A stretch of 64,000 nt of DNA from Spirochaetia bacterium (GTDB lineage Bacteria; Spirochaetota; Spirochaetia; SZUA-6; Bin103), in NCBI GenBank assembly GCA_965199955.1, contig CBDATQ010000001.1, positions 1,024,001 to 1,088,000 on the forward strand, written 5' to 3'. This document shows, one piece after another, positions 37,201-44,763 of the stretch. The translations under genes and the position numbers were made by a program. Below the pieces are notes generated by a model that was not told the DNA's origin, made no database searches, and saw nothing but the letters and a program-made list of their open reading frames with translations. How positions within the stretch are numbered: position 1 is the stretch's first letter; each line of letters starts with the position of its first letter.

Positions 37201-37716
37201 GTCGGCGAAATCCGGGAGATCGCCACCCGGTCCGGCCAGCGCATGGCGTTCGCGCAGTTGGAAGACTACGGCGTCACCGCGGAGGTGGTGGTGTTCCCGG
37301 ACGCGTTCGACGCCGGCCGCGAACGGCTCCAGACCGGCGCGGTGGTCGCCGTGAGCGGCAGGGTCGACCGCTCACGGGGCAGCAGCAAGATTCTGGCCGA
37401 AGTGATCACGGCCCCCGACGGTCTGCCGGACCGACCCTACCGGAGCGTGCACCTGCGCGTGCAGGCGGACGACGAACAAGGCTTGGTGGCGCTGCGCGAC
37501 CTCTGCATGGATCGCCCCGGGCAGTGTCAGCTCTTTCTGCACTACGGCAACGGCACGCCGGCCGACGACGCCGTCAACGGCGACGACGACGCGGCACGCG
37601 CCGCGGCGGGGGAAGTGGTCATCCGCGCGGGTCCGCAGCTCTCCGTGTCGAGCGACGGCGAGATGCTGCAGGCGCTGTCCGCGTCTCCATTGGTGGTGGA
37701 AGCATGGGCGGAGTGA
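34252..37716 (+). CDS. dnaE: DNA polymerase III alpha subunit
   Basis: PHP domain HLHVHS..SLLDG, TDHG, GPGRGS, PDFDND, KIDILGL, FQFES, YQEQ.M, OB fold; no intein. Confidence 0.96.
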   Translation: MPQASDFVHLHVHSDHSLLDGAATVEGLAECAQRHEMSHLALTDHGNMFGVARFDRACRSAGVNPIIGCEFYLAPGSRHDRGGDHSWSHHMGLVAADEVGYRNLMALSTIGYTEGFYYRPRIDDEAIARHAEGLIGFSGCVSGKIPMLLQQDRMQEAEELAGSYRDIFGPDRFYLELQDHGAPAAQKVQNERLLVLARRTGLPLVATNDIHYCGRDDADAQDVLICIGTNKRRSDADRLKQEHSELYFKGTEEMAGLFADLPQALASTRAIAEQCTLQIPMPGPQMPAYEVPEGHTQESYLVALAREGLRERYGSPTEEAQERLQYELDVIGSMGYAGYFLIVWDFIRFAREHGIPVGPGRGSGAASLVGYCLHITDIDPLRYNLLFERFLNAERVTLPDFDNDFCYERRGEVIDYITGKYGADRVAQVITFGSLKARAVVRDVARVLEIPFGEADEIAKLIPGGPNSDLSTALKQEARLREVREQSDTHRTLIDTSLKLEGLSRHASTHAAAIVIGTSALTDFVPLYRDTRTEAISTQYSHEYLEDCGLVKIDILGLKTLTLIERTLPMVRARGVELDMQTVPEDDEKTFRMLGEGRSACVFQFESAGMRAVLTRVKPTCVEDLIALNALYRPGPMQFIDQFVDAKSGRRPIRHKVAELEPILRETYGVIVYQEQVMEIARAVAGFSLGQADLLRRAMGKKKMEEMEKQRSRFVDGAVAGGFDRQVAAELFESLVPFAEYGFPKTHAAPYAVVAYRTAYLKANYPAEFMAANLTNEMHDTDKLAEYVNEARDLGLEVLPPSINRSAADFSVAEERILFGLRGIKNVGTGAVDSIVAEREHGGPYQDFIDFVSRIDARAVNRKVIETLVRVGAFDGLGHNRATLCENLERLLESADAERQRTAHGQQDLFAADEGVRAARPELARHDEWDQAAMLQDERDNLGMYFTGHPLDDYADLRPQKGVAELATLDSRSDGSPVAAIGIVGEIREIATRSGQRMAFAQLEDYGVTAEVVVFPDAFDAGRERLQTGAVVAVSGRVDRSRGSSKILAEVITAPDGLPDRPYRSVHLRVQADDEQGLVALRDLCMDRPGQCQLFLHYGNGTPADDAVNGDDDAARAAAGEVVIRAGPQLSVSSDGEMLQALSASPLVVEAWAE

Positions 37717-38321
37717 CGGATCTGTTTCGGTTCCTGCAGGCGGTCGTGCTGGTGTACCTGGTGCTGGTCGCGCTCCGGATCATCATCACGTGGTTCCGCG
37801 GCGCCGATCACCACGCGCCGACCGAGATCCTGGCGCGCGTCACCGATCCCTATCTGCGCTGGTTTCAGCGCCTGCGATTCCTGCGCGTCGGCGTGTTGGA
37901 CTTCTCCCCCGCGGCAGCGATTCTGGTCCTGATCGTGGCCGGGAACGTGCTGCAGCGGCTTGCGGCGGCGCAACGAGTGACCGTCGGCATCGTGCTCGCT
38001 CAGGTGCTGCTGGTCGCCTGGTCGGCGGCGTCCGTGCTGGTCGTGGTGTTCATGATCATGACCGTCGCGCGTGCGTTCATCGCCGCCATGCGCTGGGAGC
38101 AGGGCGGCGGACTGCTGAACATGCTCGATCACACGCTGCAGCCGATGGTCACCTTCGTGTCTCGCCGGATTTCGCTGGGCGAACGGCTCATGGAGCGGGG
38201 ACAGACGGTGCAGAAGGTGGCCTACCTGGGCCTGATCGCCGTGCTGCTCCTGGTGGTGCTGATCGTCGGCAACATCGTGGTGCGGTGGCTGGTCGCACAG
38301 TTCCTGAGCTCTCCGTTCTGA
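37704..38321 (+). CDS. YggT family membrane protein
   Basis: RIIITW, TDPYL..F, DFSP..AI. Confidence 0.8.
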   Translation: MGGVTDLFRFLQAVVLVYLVLVALRIIITWFRGADHHAPTEILARVTDPYLRWFQRLRFLRVGVLDFSPAAAILVLIVAGNVLQRLAAAQRVTVGIVLAQVLLVAWSAASVLVVVFMIMTVARAFIAAMRWEQGGGLLNMLDHTLQPMVTFVSRRISLGERLMERGQTVQKVAYLGLIAVLLLVVLIVGNIVVRWLVAQFLSSPF

Positions 38322-38394
38322 GCGCCCCAAAGGCGTCGCCTACGGCTCCGTCTTTGGCCCATCCCCAACTTTTTCGCTACGGTGTCCGTCGGAT

Positions 38395-40569
38395 ATGCCG
38401 CTGGCGCGCCAATCCGACGAACTCCGCAGCGGGACTCTGTCCGCACCGATCCTTGCGTGGGACGATGACGTAGCGGCGCTCCGCGGCGTCGGCCCCGCCA
38501 CGCGGGAGCGGCTGGGGCGGCTCGGTTTGCAGACCGTCGGCGACCTGCTGATGCACATGCCGCGCGGCTACCAGGACCGCCGGCGGTCGCTGCCGCTGGC
38601 GCAGGTCGCCGCCGGCACCGACGCCTGCGTCAGCGCGACCGTGGTGCGCATCGGCTCCTTCCGGTTTCGCGGCCGCCGTACGCCCACGATCACGATCGCC
38701 GACGCCGCCGGCGACAGGGCCATGCTGTACGCGTTCGGCCGGCCGCAACTCGGGAGGACGCTGACGGCCGGTCAGCCGGTGCTGGTCTACGGCAGGTTCG
38801 ACCGTCGCAACGGCAGGCTCCAGGCCGGCAGCTTCGAGTTGATGAGCCCGGAAGAGATGGCGGCCGGAACGCTGCTGCCCGTATATCCGGCCGCCGCCGG
38901 ACTCGCGCAGCGTCTGCTGCGCCGCCTGGTCGATGAAGCCCTTGCGGGGGCCGCGCGCTCCGCCCGCTATCGGGTGCCGCGGGAAATGGCCGCCGTCCGC
39001 CGCCTGCCCGACAAGGGTGCGGCCTTGCGATGTGTCCATGGTCCGCCGGGCCCCGAGGAGGCCGAACGGGCGCGGCGCGCGCTGGCCTACGAGGAGCTGT
39101 TTCTGCTTCAGCTCGAGCTGGCGCGCCGCTCGCCGGCCGGCCGGCCGCGCCCGGCACCCCGGAAGCGGGCCGGAAGGCTGCAGGCGGCGATGCTCGAGCG
39201 GCTCCCGTTCACGCTCACGGGCGCGCAACGCGCCGTCCTGGCCGAGATCGAGGAAGATCTCTACAGGCCTCACACCTCTGCCCGGCTGGTGCAGGGAGAC
39301 GTGGGCTGCGGCAAGACCCTGGTGGCGCTGCTGGCGGCCGCGGGCGTGATCGACGCCGGCCGACAGGTGGCGGTCGTCGTCCCGTCGGAGGCGCTCTGCT
39401 ACCAGCATGCCGAGACCGCGTCGAGGCTGCTGGAGCCGCTGGGGGTGAGGCTCGGACTGCTGTCCGGAAGCACCGACCGGGCGGCCCGGACCCACCTGCT
39501 CCCGGCCCTGGCGGCCGGCGATGTCGATCTGCTGCTGAGCACTCACGCCGTGCTCTCCGAGCCGGTTCGCTTCGCAGACCTGGGGTTGGTGGTGATCGAC
39601 GAGCAGCACAAGTTCGGGGTCGCGCAGCGAGCCGCCGTCGCCGCCAAGGCGCCCCGCGGCGACCTGATCCTGATGACCGCCACGCCGATCCCGCGGACGC
39701 TGGCGCTCACGTTCTTCGGCGACCTGACGGTGAGCTCGATCGACCGCCAGCCGCCGGGACGTCCGGCGCTGCGTACCCACCTGGTGCGCAAGGAGCGTCG
39801 GGAGCGAGTGTACGCGCATGTCGAATCGGAGCTGGCCGCCGGTCGCCAGGCCTATTTCGTCTGTCCCTCCATCGGCGGCGACGGCACGGTGCCGGTCGGC
39901 GCGGTGGCGGACGCCGTGGCGGCGGACGCCAGTGGAGACCTCTTCGCCGCGGCCGCGGAGCCCGGCCCCGCGGCCGTGCCCGAGGAGGATGCGCCCGAGG
40001 GGGCGGACGGTCCCGCCGCTTCGGCGAACGCGCTCTTCGCGCGGCTCCGGCAGCGCTTTGCCGGTTTCAGCGTCGGGCTGGCCCACGGCGGCATGTCCCC
40101 GGCCGAGCAGCGGGCGACCTTGAGCGCCTTTCACGAAGGCTCGGTCGACGCGCTGGTGGCCACCACGGTCGTGGAGGTTGGGCTGGACGTTCCGAACGCG
40201 ACCTGCATGGTGGTCGAGCACGCGGAACGCTTCGGGCTCGCGGCGCTGCACCAGCTTCGCGGACGGGTCGGCCGCGGCACCGATCCCGCGTACGCCTTCT
40301 TCGTCTACGGCAAGGACCTCACACCGCAGGCGGCCGAGCGGCTCCGTGCCGTCAAGGAGCACGCCGACGGCTTCGCGCTGGCGGACCTGGACCTGGCGCA
40401 GCGCGGTCCGGGTGAGCTGGCCGGCACGCGCCAAGCGGGCCTGCCGCGGTTGCGTGCCGCGCGTCTGGCCGACGACCTGGACCTGATGCGTCAGGCTCAG
40501 GCCGACGCGCGCCGTCATCACCGCTGTGGTCGGGAAGCGTCGGCCGCCGGCGGCCGGACATGCGGGTGA
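38395..40569 (+). CDS. recG: ATP-dependent DNA helicase RecG
   Basis: LRGVGP, QGDVGCGKT, DEQHKFG, MTATPIPRTL, TTVVEVG, HQLRGRVGR, TRG motif RGPGE. Confidence 0.95.
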   Translation: MPLARQSDELRSGTLSAPILAWDDDVAALRGVGPATRERLGRLGLQTVGDLLMHMPRGYQDRRRSLPLAQVAAGTDACVSATVVRIGSFRFRGRRTPTITIADAAGDRAMLYAFGRPQLGRTLTAGQPVLVYGRFDRRNGRLQAGSFELMSPEEMAAGTLLPVYPAAAGLAQRLLRRLVDEALAGAARSARYRVPREMAAVRRLPDKGAALRCVHGPPGPEEAERARRALAYEELFLLQLELARRSPAGRPRPAPRKRAGRLQAAMLERLPFTLTGAQRAVLAEIEEDLYRPHTSARLVQGDVGCGKTLVALLAAAGVIDAGRQVAVVVPSEALCYQHAETASRLLEPLGVRLGLLSGSTDRAARTHLLPALAAGDVDLLLSTHAVLSEPVRFADLGLVVIDEQHKFGVAQRAAVAAKAPRGDLILMTATPIPRTLALTFFGDLTVSSIDRQPPGRPALRTHLVRKERRERVYAHVESELAAGRQAYFVCPSIGGDGTVPVGAVADAVAADASGDLFAAAAEPGPAAVPEEDAPEGADGPAASANALFARLRQRFAGFSVGLAHGGMSPAEQRATLSAFHEGSVDALVATTVVEVGLDVPNATCMVVEHAERFGLAALHQLRGRVGRGTDPAYAFFVYGKDLTPQAAERLRAVKEHADGFALADLDLAQRGPGELAGTRQAGLPRLRAARLADDLDLMRQAQADARRHHRCGREASAAGGRTCG

Positions 40570-41129
40570 CCGGCGGCGCGGCTCGCGGCCGCGCGCTCAG
40601 CGTCCCGGCGGGGGCGCGGCCGATGACCGCGCGCATGCGCGAGGCGCTGTTCGTCATCCTCGGCGGCGTCCTCGGCGGTGTGCCGGGCGGAATCGACGGC
40701 GGCGTGCGGGGCCGTTCGTTCCTGGACCTGTTCGCCGGCTCGGGCCTGCTGTCCGCCGAGGCCGCCTCCCGCGGGGCGGGACCGATCGTCGCGGTGGAGC
40801 GCGACGCACGCAAGCGGCGCACGATCCGGGCGAACATCGAGGCCGTCGGCGCTCGCGCCACGGTGATCACGGCGCCGGCCGAACGGTTCATCGCCGTGGC
40901 CGGACGGCGCGGGCAGCGGTTCGACGTGGTCTGCGTGGATCCGCCCTACGCGTACCGCCACAAGCACGGGCTGTTGACCGCGCTGGCGCACGCGGGGCTC
41001 GTGGAGACGTCCGGCTGCCTGGCGCTGCACTGCCCCGCGGACGATCCGCTCGATCCTGCGGCTGTGCCGCTCAGGCTGGTCGACCACCGGCGCTACGGGC
41101 AGTCGGCGCTGATGCTCTTCCAGCCGTGA
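40560..41129 (+). CDS. rsmD: 16S rRNA m2G966 methyltransferase
   Basis: MRVTGG..RGR, RPMT.RMREALF, DLFAGSG, EAASRGA, DPPY, RRYG. Confidence 0.88.
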   Translation: MRVTGGAARGRALSVPAGARPMTARMREALFVILGGVLGGVPGGIDGGVRGRSFLDLFAGSGLLSAEAASRGAGPIVAVERDARKRRTIRANIEAVGARATVITAPAERFIAVAGRRGQRFDVVCVDPPYAYRHKHGLLTALAHAGLVETSGCLALHCPADDPLDPAAVPLRLVDHRRYGQSALMLFQP

Positions 41130-41204
41130 CCGGCCCGGTCCCACCGACGGGGGTTGCAAGCGGTGGAGGATCGGTAGTAGAAACTGCCGCATGTACGAGG
41201 GGCT

Positions 41205-41277
41205 GCCTCTGTAGCTCAGTTGGTAGAGCACCTCCATGGTAAGGAGGGGGTCACCGGTTCAAATCCGGTCGGAGGCT
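41205..41277 (+). tRNA. tRNA-Thr(GGT)
   Basis: Cloverleaf; anticodon arm CCTCC-ATGGTAA-GGAGG; T-loop GTTCAAAT; CCA not encoded. Confidence 0.95.
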
Positions 41278-41318
41278 CGTTTCGGGCCCGTTCCGCACAG
41301 GGGTGACGTGCGGCCCGC

Positions 41319-41347
41319 TTGACACGTGCCCGGCGTTCCCGTATTCT
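41319..41347 (+). promoter_or_regulatory. Sigma70-type promoter for the rpmG operon
   Basis: TTGACA-17 bp-TATTCT. Confidence 0.75.
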
Positions 41348-41378
41348 TAAATCACCCTTCGGCAACGGAGTACTCTCG

Positions 41379-41576
41379 ATGGCCAAGACCAAGGTGGTGG
41401 AGTTGGTGGCGTTGGCTTGCACGCAGCCCGACGGCTGCACGCAGCCCGGCGGCTTGGAGCTTCGCAACTACACGACGACCAAGAATCGTCGCAATACGCA
41501 GGGCAAGCTTGAGCTCAAGAAGTATTGCCCCCGCTGCCGCACGCACACGGTGCATCGAGAGGCGCGCGTCAAGTAG
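41379..41576 (+). CDS. rpmG: 50S ribosomal protein L33
   Basis: [11 protein letters not shown]...[15 protein letters not shown]. Confidence 0.93.
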   Translation: MAKTKVVELVALACTQPDGCTQPGGLELRNYTTTKNRRNTQGKLELKKYCPRCRTHTVHREARVK

Positions 41577-41636
41577 CTGCAGAGTGGTTTGACGAGTCGG
41601 ATTGAAGGCGAGCGGGCGCGGAACGAAGGCATCGGA

Positions 41637-41711
41637 AGGCCAGTAGTTCCAACTGGTTAGAGCGCCGGTCTCCAAAACCGGATGTTGCAGGTTCGAATCC
41701 TGCCTGGCCTG
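41637..41711 (+). tRNA. tRNA-Trp(CCA)
   Basis: Acceptor stem AGGCCAG/CTGGCCT; anticodon arm CCGGT-CTCCAAA-ACCGG; GTTCGAATCC. Confidence 0.95.
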
Positions 41712-41735
41712 GAAGCGAGTAGAGGAAGCGATATC

Positions 41736-41915
41736 GTGGGTCGGATCATACAGTTCTTTCGCGAGAGCTATGGCGAGTTGCGCAAGGTGGCGTGGCCGAG
41801 CCGAGAGGAGGTCGCCAGTTCCACTAAGGTGGTGCTCGTGTCGGTCTCTCTCATTGCGCTCGCGCTGGGGCTGATCGACTTCCTGCTGTTCCAGGCGATC
41901 GATCTGGTCTTCTGA
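41736..41915 (+). CDS. secE: Preprotein translocase subunit SecE
   Basis: ELRKVAWPSR plus one TM; canonical position. Confidence 0.92.
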   Translation: MGRIIQFFRESYGELRKVAWPSREEVASSTKVVLVSVSLIALALGLIDFLLFQAIDLVF

Positions 41916-41961
41916 GCGGCAGCACGCGCGCGGGAAACGGCTGAGGAGCGGGTTTCGAGGA

Positions 41962-42516
41962 ATGGCGAAGGGTTGGTACGTGGTCCACACCTACTCGGGG
42001 TTCGAGAACAAGGTGCACAAGCATCTGGCGCGCCTGATCGAGTCGCCGCGCATGCACAACCACCTGTTCGACGCCAAGGTCCCGGCTGAGGAGGTCGTCG
42101 AGGTCAAGGACGGCAAGAAGAAGGTGACGTCCCGCAAGTTCCTTCCCGGCTACATCCTGGTGGAGATGGACCTTGAGGGCGACGCCTGGATGGACGTCTG
42201 CGCCGCGGTCCGGCAGATACAGGGAGTGACCGGCTTCGTGGGGGCCACCAAGAACCGCAAGCCGCAGCCCATCTCCTCCGACGAAGCGCGCGAGCTGCTG
42301 CAGAAGGCGGGAGAGATCAAGAGCGACCGCACGCTGAAGCCCAAGCAGTCGTTCGTCATCGGCGAAAGCGTGCGCATCATCGACGGGCCGTTCGACTCGT
42401 TCACCGGAGCGGTGGAGGAGATCAACGAGGAAAAGGCGAAGCTGCGGGTGATGGTCGGCATCTTCGGCCGCTCGACACCCGTGGAGCTCGACTTCATGCA
42501 GGTAGAAAAGGTCTAA
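41962..42516 (+). CDS. nusG: Transcription termination/antitermination factor NusG
   Basis: WYVVHTYSG.E, PGYILVEM, KOW domain GPF, FGR.TPVEL. Confidence 0.97.
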   Translation: MAKGWYVVHTYSGFENKVHKHLARLIESPRMHNHLFDAKVPAEEVVEVKDGKKKVTSRKFLPGYILVEMDLEGDAWMDVCAAVRQIQGVTGFVGATKNRKPQPISSDEARELLQKAGEIKSDRTLKPKQSFVIGESVRIIDGPFDSFTGAVEEINEEKAKLRVMVGIFGRSTPVELDFMQVEKV

Positions 42517-42528
42517 AGGAGCGTAAGC

Positions 42529-42960
42529 GTGGCCAAGAAACGGATCGCTGCGGTGGTCAAGGTACAGGTGCCGGCGGGGCAGGCGACGCCGGCGCCGCCG
42601 GTGGGGCCGGCGCTCGGCCCGCACGGGGTGAGCGCGCCGATGTTCGTGCAGCAGTTCAACGAGCGCACCAAGGGTCTGGAGCCCGGGCTCACGACCCCCG
42701 TGGAGATCACCATCTACGCCGACAAGACCTTCACTTTCGTGACCAAGACGCCGCCGGCGGCGGTGCTGATCCGCAAGGCGTGCGGGCTGGAGAAGGGCTC
42801 GGCGGAGCCGAACAAGGAAAAGGTGGCCTCCATCACACGCGCGCAGTTGCTGGAGATCGCTCAGACCAAGCGCCCCGACCTCAACGCCATCGACGATGAT
42901 GCGGCCATCGCCATCATCGCCGGCACGGCGCGCAGCATGGGCGTCACGGTCGAAGCCTGA
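42529..42960 (+). CDS. rplK: 50S ribosomal protein L11
   Basis: [23 protein letters not shown]. Confidence 0.97.
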   Translation: MAKKRIAAVVKVQVPAGQATPAPPVGPALGPHGVSAPMFVQQFNERTKGLEPGLTTPVEITIYADKTFTFVTKTPPAAVLIRKACGLEKGSAEPNKEKVASITRAQLLEIAQTKRPDLNAIDDDAAIAIIAGTARSMGVTVEA

Positions 42961-42989
42961 AGACCGGGCGCGGAAAAGGAGAGAACGCA

Positions 42990-43661
42990 ATGGCACGAAA
43001 CGGCAAGCGCTATCGCGCCGCCCTGGAAGCCATCGATCGGCGGCACACCTATCCGGTCGAAGAAGGCTTGAAGCTGCTGAAGGGCCTGCCCCCGGCGAAA
43101 TTCGACGAGACGGTGGAGATCGCGGTCCGGGTGACCCTCAGGGGCAACCAGACGGTGCGCGACACGATGGTCCTCCCGCACAGCTTCGAGCAGGAGCAAC
43201 GGATCCTGGTGTTCGCCGAAGGCGACAAGGCACGGGAGGCCGAGGAGGCCGGCGCCACGTACGTCGGCGGCCAGGAGCTGATCGACAGGATCAAGGACGG
43301 CTGGCTGGAGTTCGACGTGACGGTTGCCACGCCCGACATGATGCGCAACGTCGGCAGGCTCGGCCCGATCCTGGGCCGGCGCGGCCTGATGCCCAATCCG
43401 AAGACCCGCACCGTCACCCAGGACGTCGCCGGCACCATCGCCGAGCTCAAGCGCGGCCGGGTGGAGTTTCGCGCCGATCGCACCGGTGTCGTCCACCTGC
43501 CGATCGGCAGGCTTAGCATGGACGGGCAGGCGCTGGCCGAGAACGCGCGATCCGTGGTCGCGGAAGTGGAGCGCAAGCGGCCCGCCGACACGAAGGGCGA
43601 CTTCCTTCGGAGCGTCGCGGTGTGCACGACGATGAGCCCCGGCGTGAAGGTGGCCGTATGA
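42990..43661 (+). CDS. rplA: 50S ribosomal protein L1
   Basis: KFDETVE, ATPDMM, GLMPNPK, TMSPG. Confidence 0.96.
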   Translation: MARNGKRYRAALEAIDRRHTYPVEEGLKLLKGLPPAKFDETVEIAVRVTLRGNQTVRDTMVLPHSFEQEQRILVFAEGDKAREAEEAGATYVGGQELIDRIKDGWLEFDVTVATPDMMRNVGRLGPILGRRGLMPNPKTRTVTQDVAGTIAELKRGRVEFRADRTGVVHLPIGRLSMDGQALAENARSVVAEVERKRPADTKGDFLRSVAVCTTMSPGVKVAV

Positions 43662-44251
43662 GCGACGGTGTAGCCACACTTCCCGAGGGCGTCGCCGAGC
43701 GCGAGCCGCAGCAGCACAAACGCGATGCGGTGGCATGGCTCCGTGAAATGCTTGAGCAGGCGCCGAATGCCGTGTACGCGGACTACACCGGGCTGGACGT
43801 CAGCGCGATGACCGCGTTGCGGCGGGCCCTGGGCGAACAGGACTCCACCCTGCGGGTGGTGAAGAACCGGTTCATGCGGATCGCCCTCGACTCGCTGGAG
43901 TTGCCGGCTTCCGACGAATGCCTGACCGGCCCGACCGTGATCGCCACGCTGGGAGCGGAGCCTGGTGCCGCCTGCAAGGTGCTGGTGGACGTGCGCCGCG
44001 ATTCGCCGCTGGTGATCAAGGGTGCGTTGGTCGACGGCCAGCTCCTCGACACCGCCCAGGTGGAGGCGCTGGCCAACCTGCCGCCACGCGACCAGTTGTA
44101 CGCGATGCTGCTCGCCGCCATGAACGGACCGATCCGCTCGGTGGCGGGGGTCTTGCAGGGGGTGATCCGGAAGCTGGTAGGAACCCTGCAGGCCGTTGCG
44201 GACAGCCAGGCGGCCACGGACCAGCCCGGCGCACAAGAAACAGACGGTTGA
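43658..44251 (+). CDS. rplJ: 50S ribosomal protein L10
   Basis: DYTGL.V..M..LR, VVKN, L.GPT, LA.LP; position. Confidence 0.93.
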   Translation: MSDGVATLPEGVAEREPQQHKRDAVAWLREMLEQAPNAVYADYTGLDVSAMTALRRALGEQDSTLRVVKNRFMRIALDSLELPASDECLTGPTVIATLGAEPGAACKVLVDVRRDSPLVIKGALVDGQLLDTAQVEALANLPPRDQLYAMLLAAMNGPIRSVAGVLQGVIRKLVGTLQAVADSQAATDQPGAQETDG

Positions 44252-44295
44252 GACAGACCGACCGAAAAGCAAAGAGAACGTTTTAGGAGCAGACG

Positions 44296-44682
44296 ATGGG
44301 CAAGCTGACAGCAGAGCAGATCATGGACGGGATCGCGGAGATGACCGTTCTGGAGGTGTCCGAACTGGTCAAGGCCTTGGAGGACAAGTTCGGCGTGACC
44401 GCCGCGGCGCCCATGGCCGCGGTGGCAGTGGCGCCGGCCGACGCTGAAGCCGCGGAGGAAGAGGAGCAGACGGAGTTCACCGTCATACTCAAGAGCTTCG
44501 CGGACGGCAAGAAGATCCCGGTCATCAAGGAGGTTCGCGCCCTCACCGGACTCGGCCTCAAGGAGGCCAAGGAACTGGTCGAAGCCGGTGACAAGCCGGT
44601 CAAGGAGATGGTCGGCAAGGAAGAGGCCGACACGGCCAAGGAAAAGCTGGAGAGCGCTGGCGGCGTCGTTGAGCTCAAGTAG
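44296..44682 (+). CDS. rplL: 50S ribosomal protein L7/L12
   Basis: [31 protein letters not shown]. Confidence 0.97.
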   Translation: MGKLTAEQIMDGIAEMTVLEVSELVKALEDKFGVTAAAPMAAVAVAPADAEAAEEEEQTEFTVILKSFADGKKIPVIKEVRALTGLGLKEAKELVEAGDKPVKEMVGKEEADTAKEKLESAGGVVELK

Positions 44683-44763
44683 CCCGACTCCAGCACCGAC
44701 CGACAACAGATTCGACGCGTCTCGTCCCCGGCCTGCGCGGCCGGTCTGACAGGAGGGGTATGT

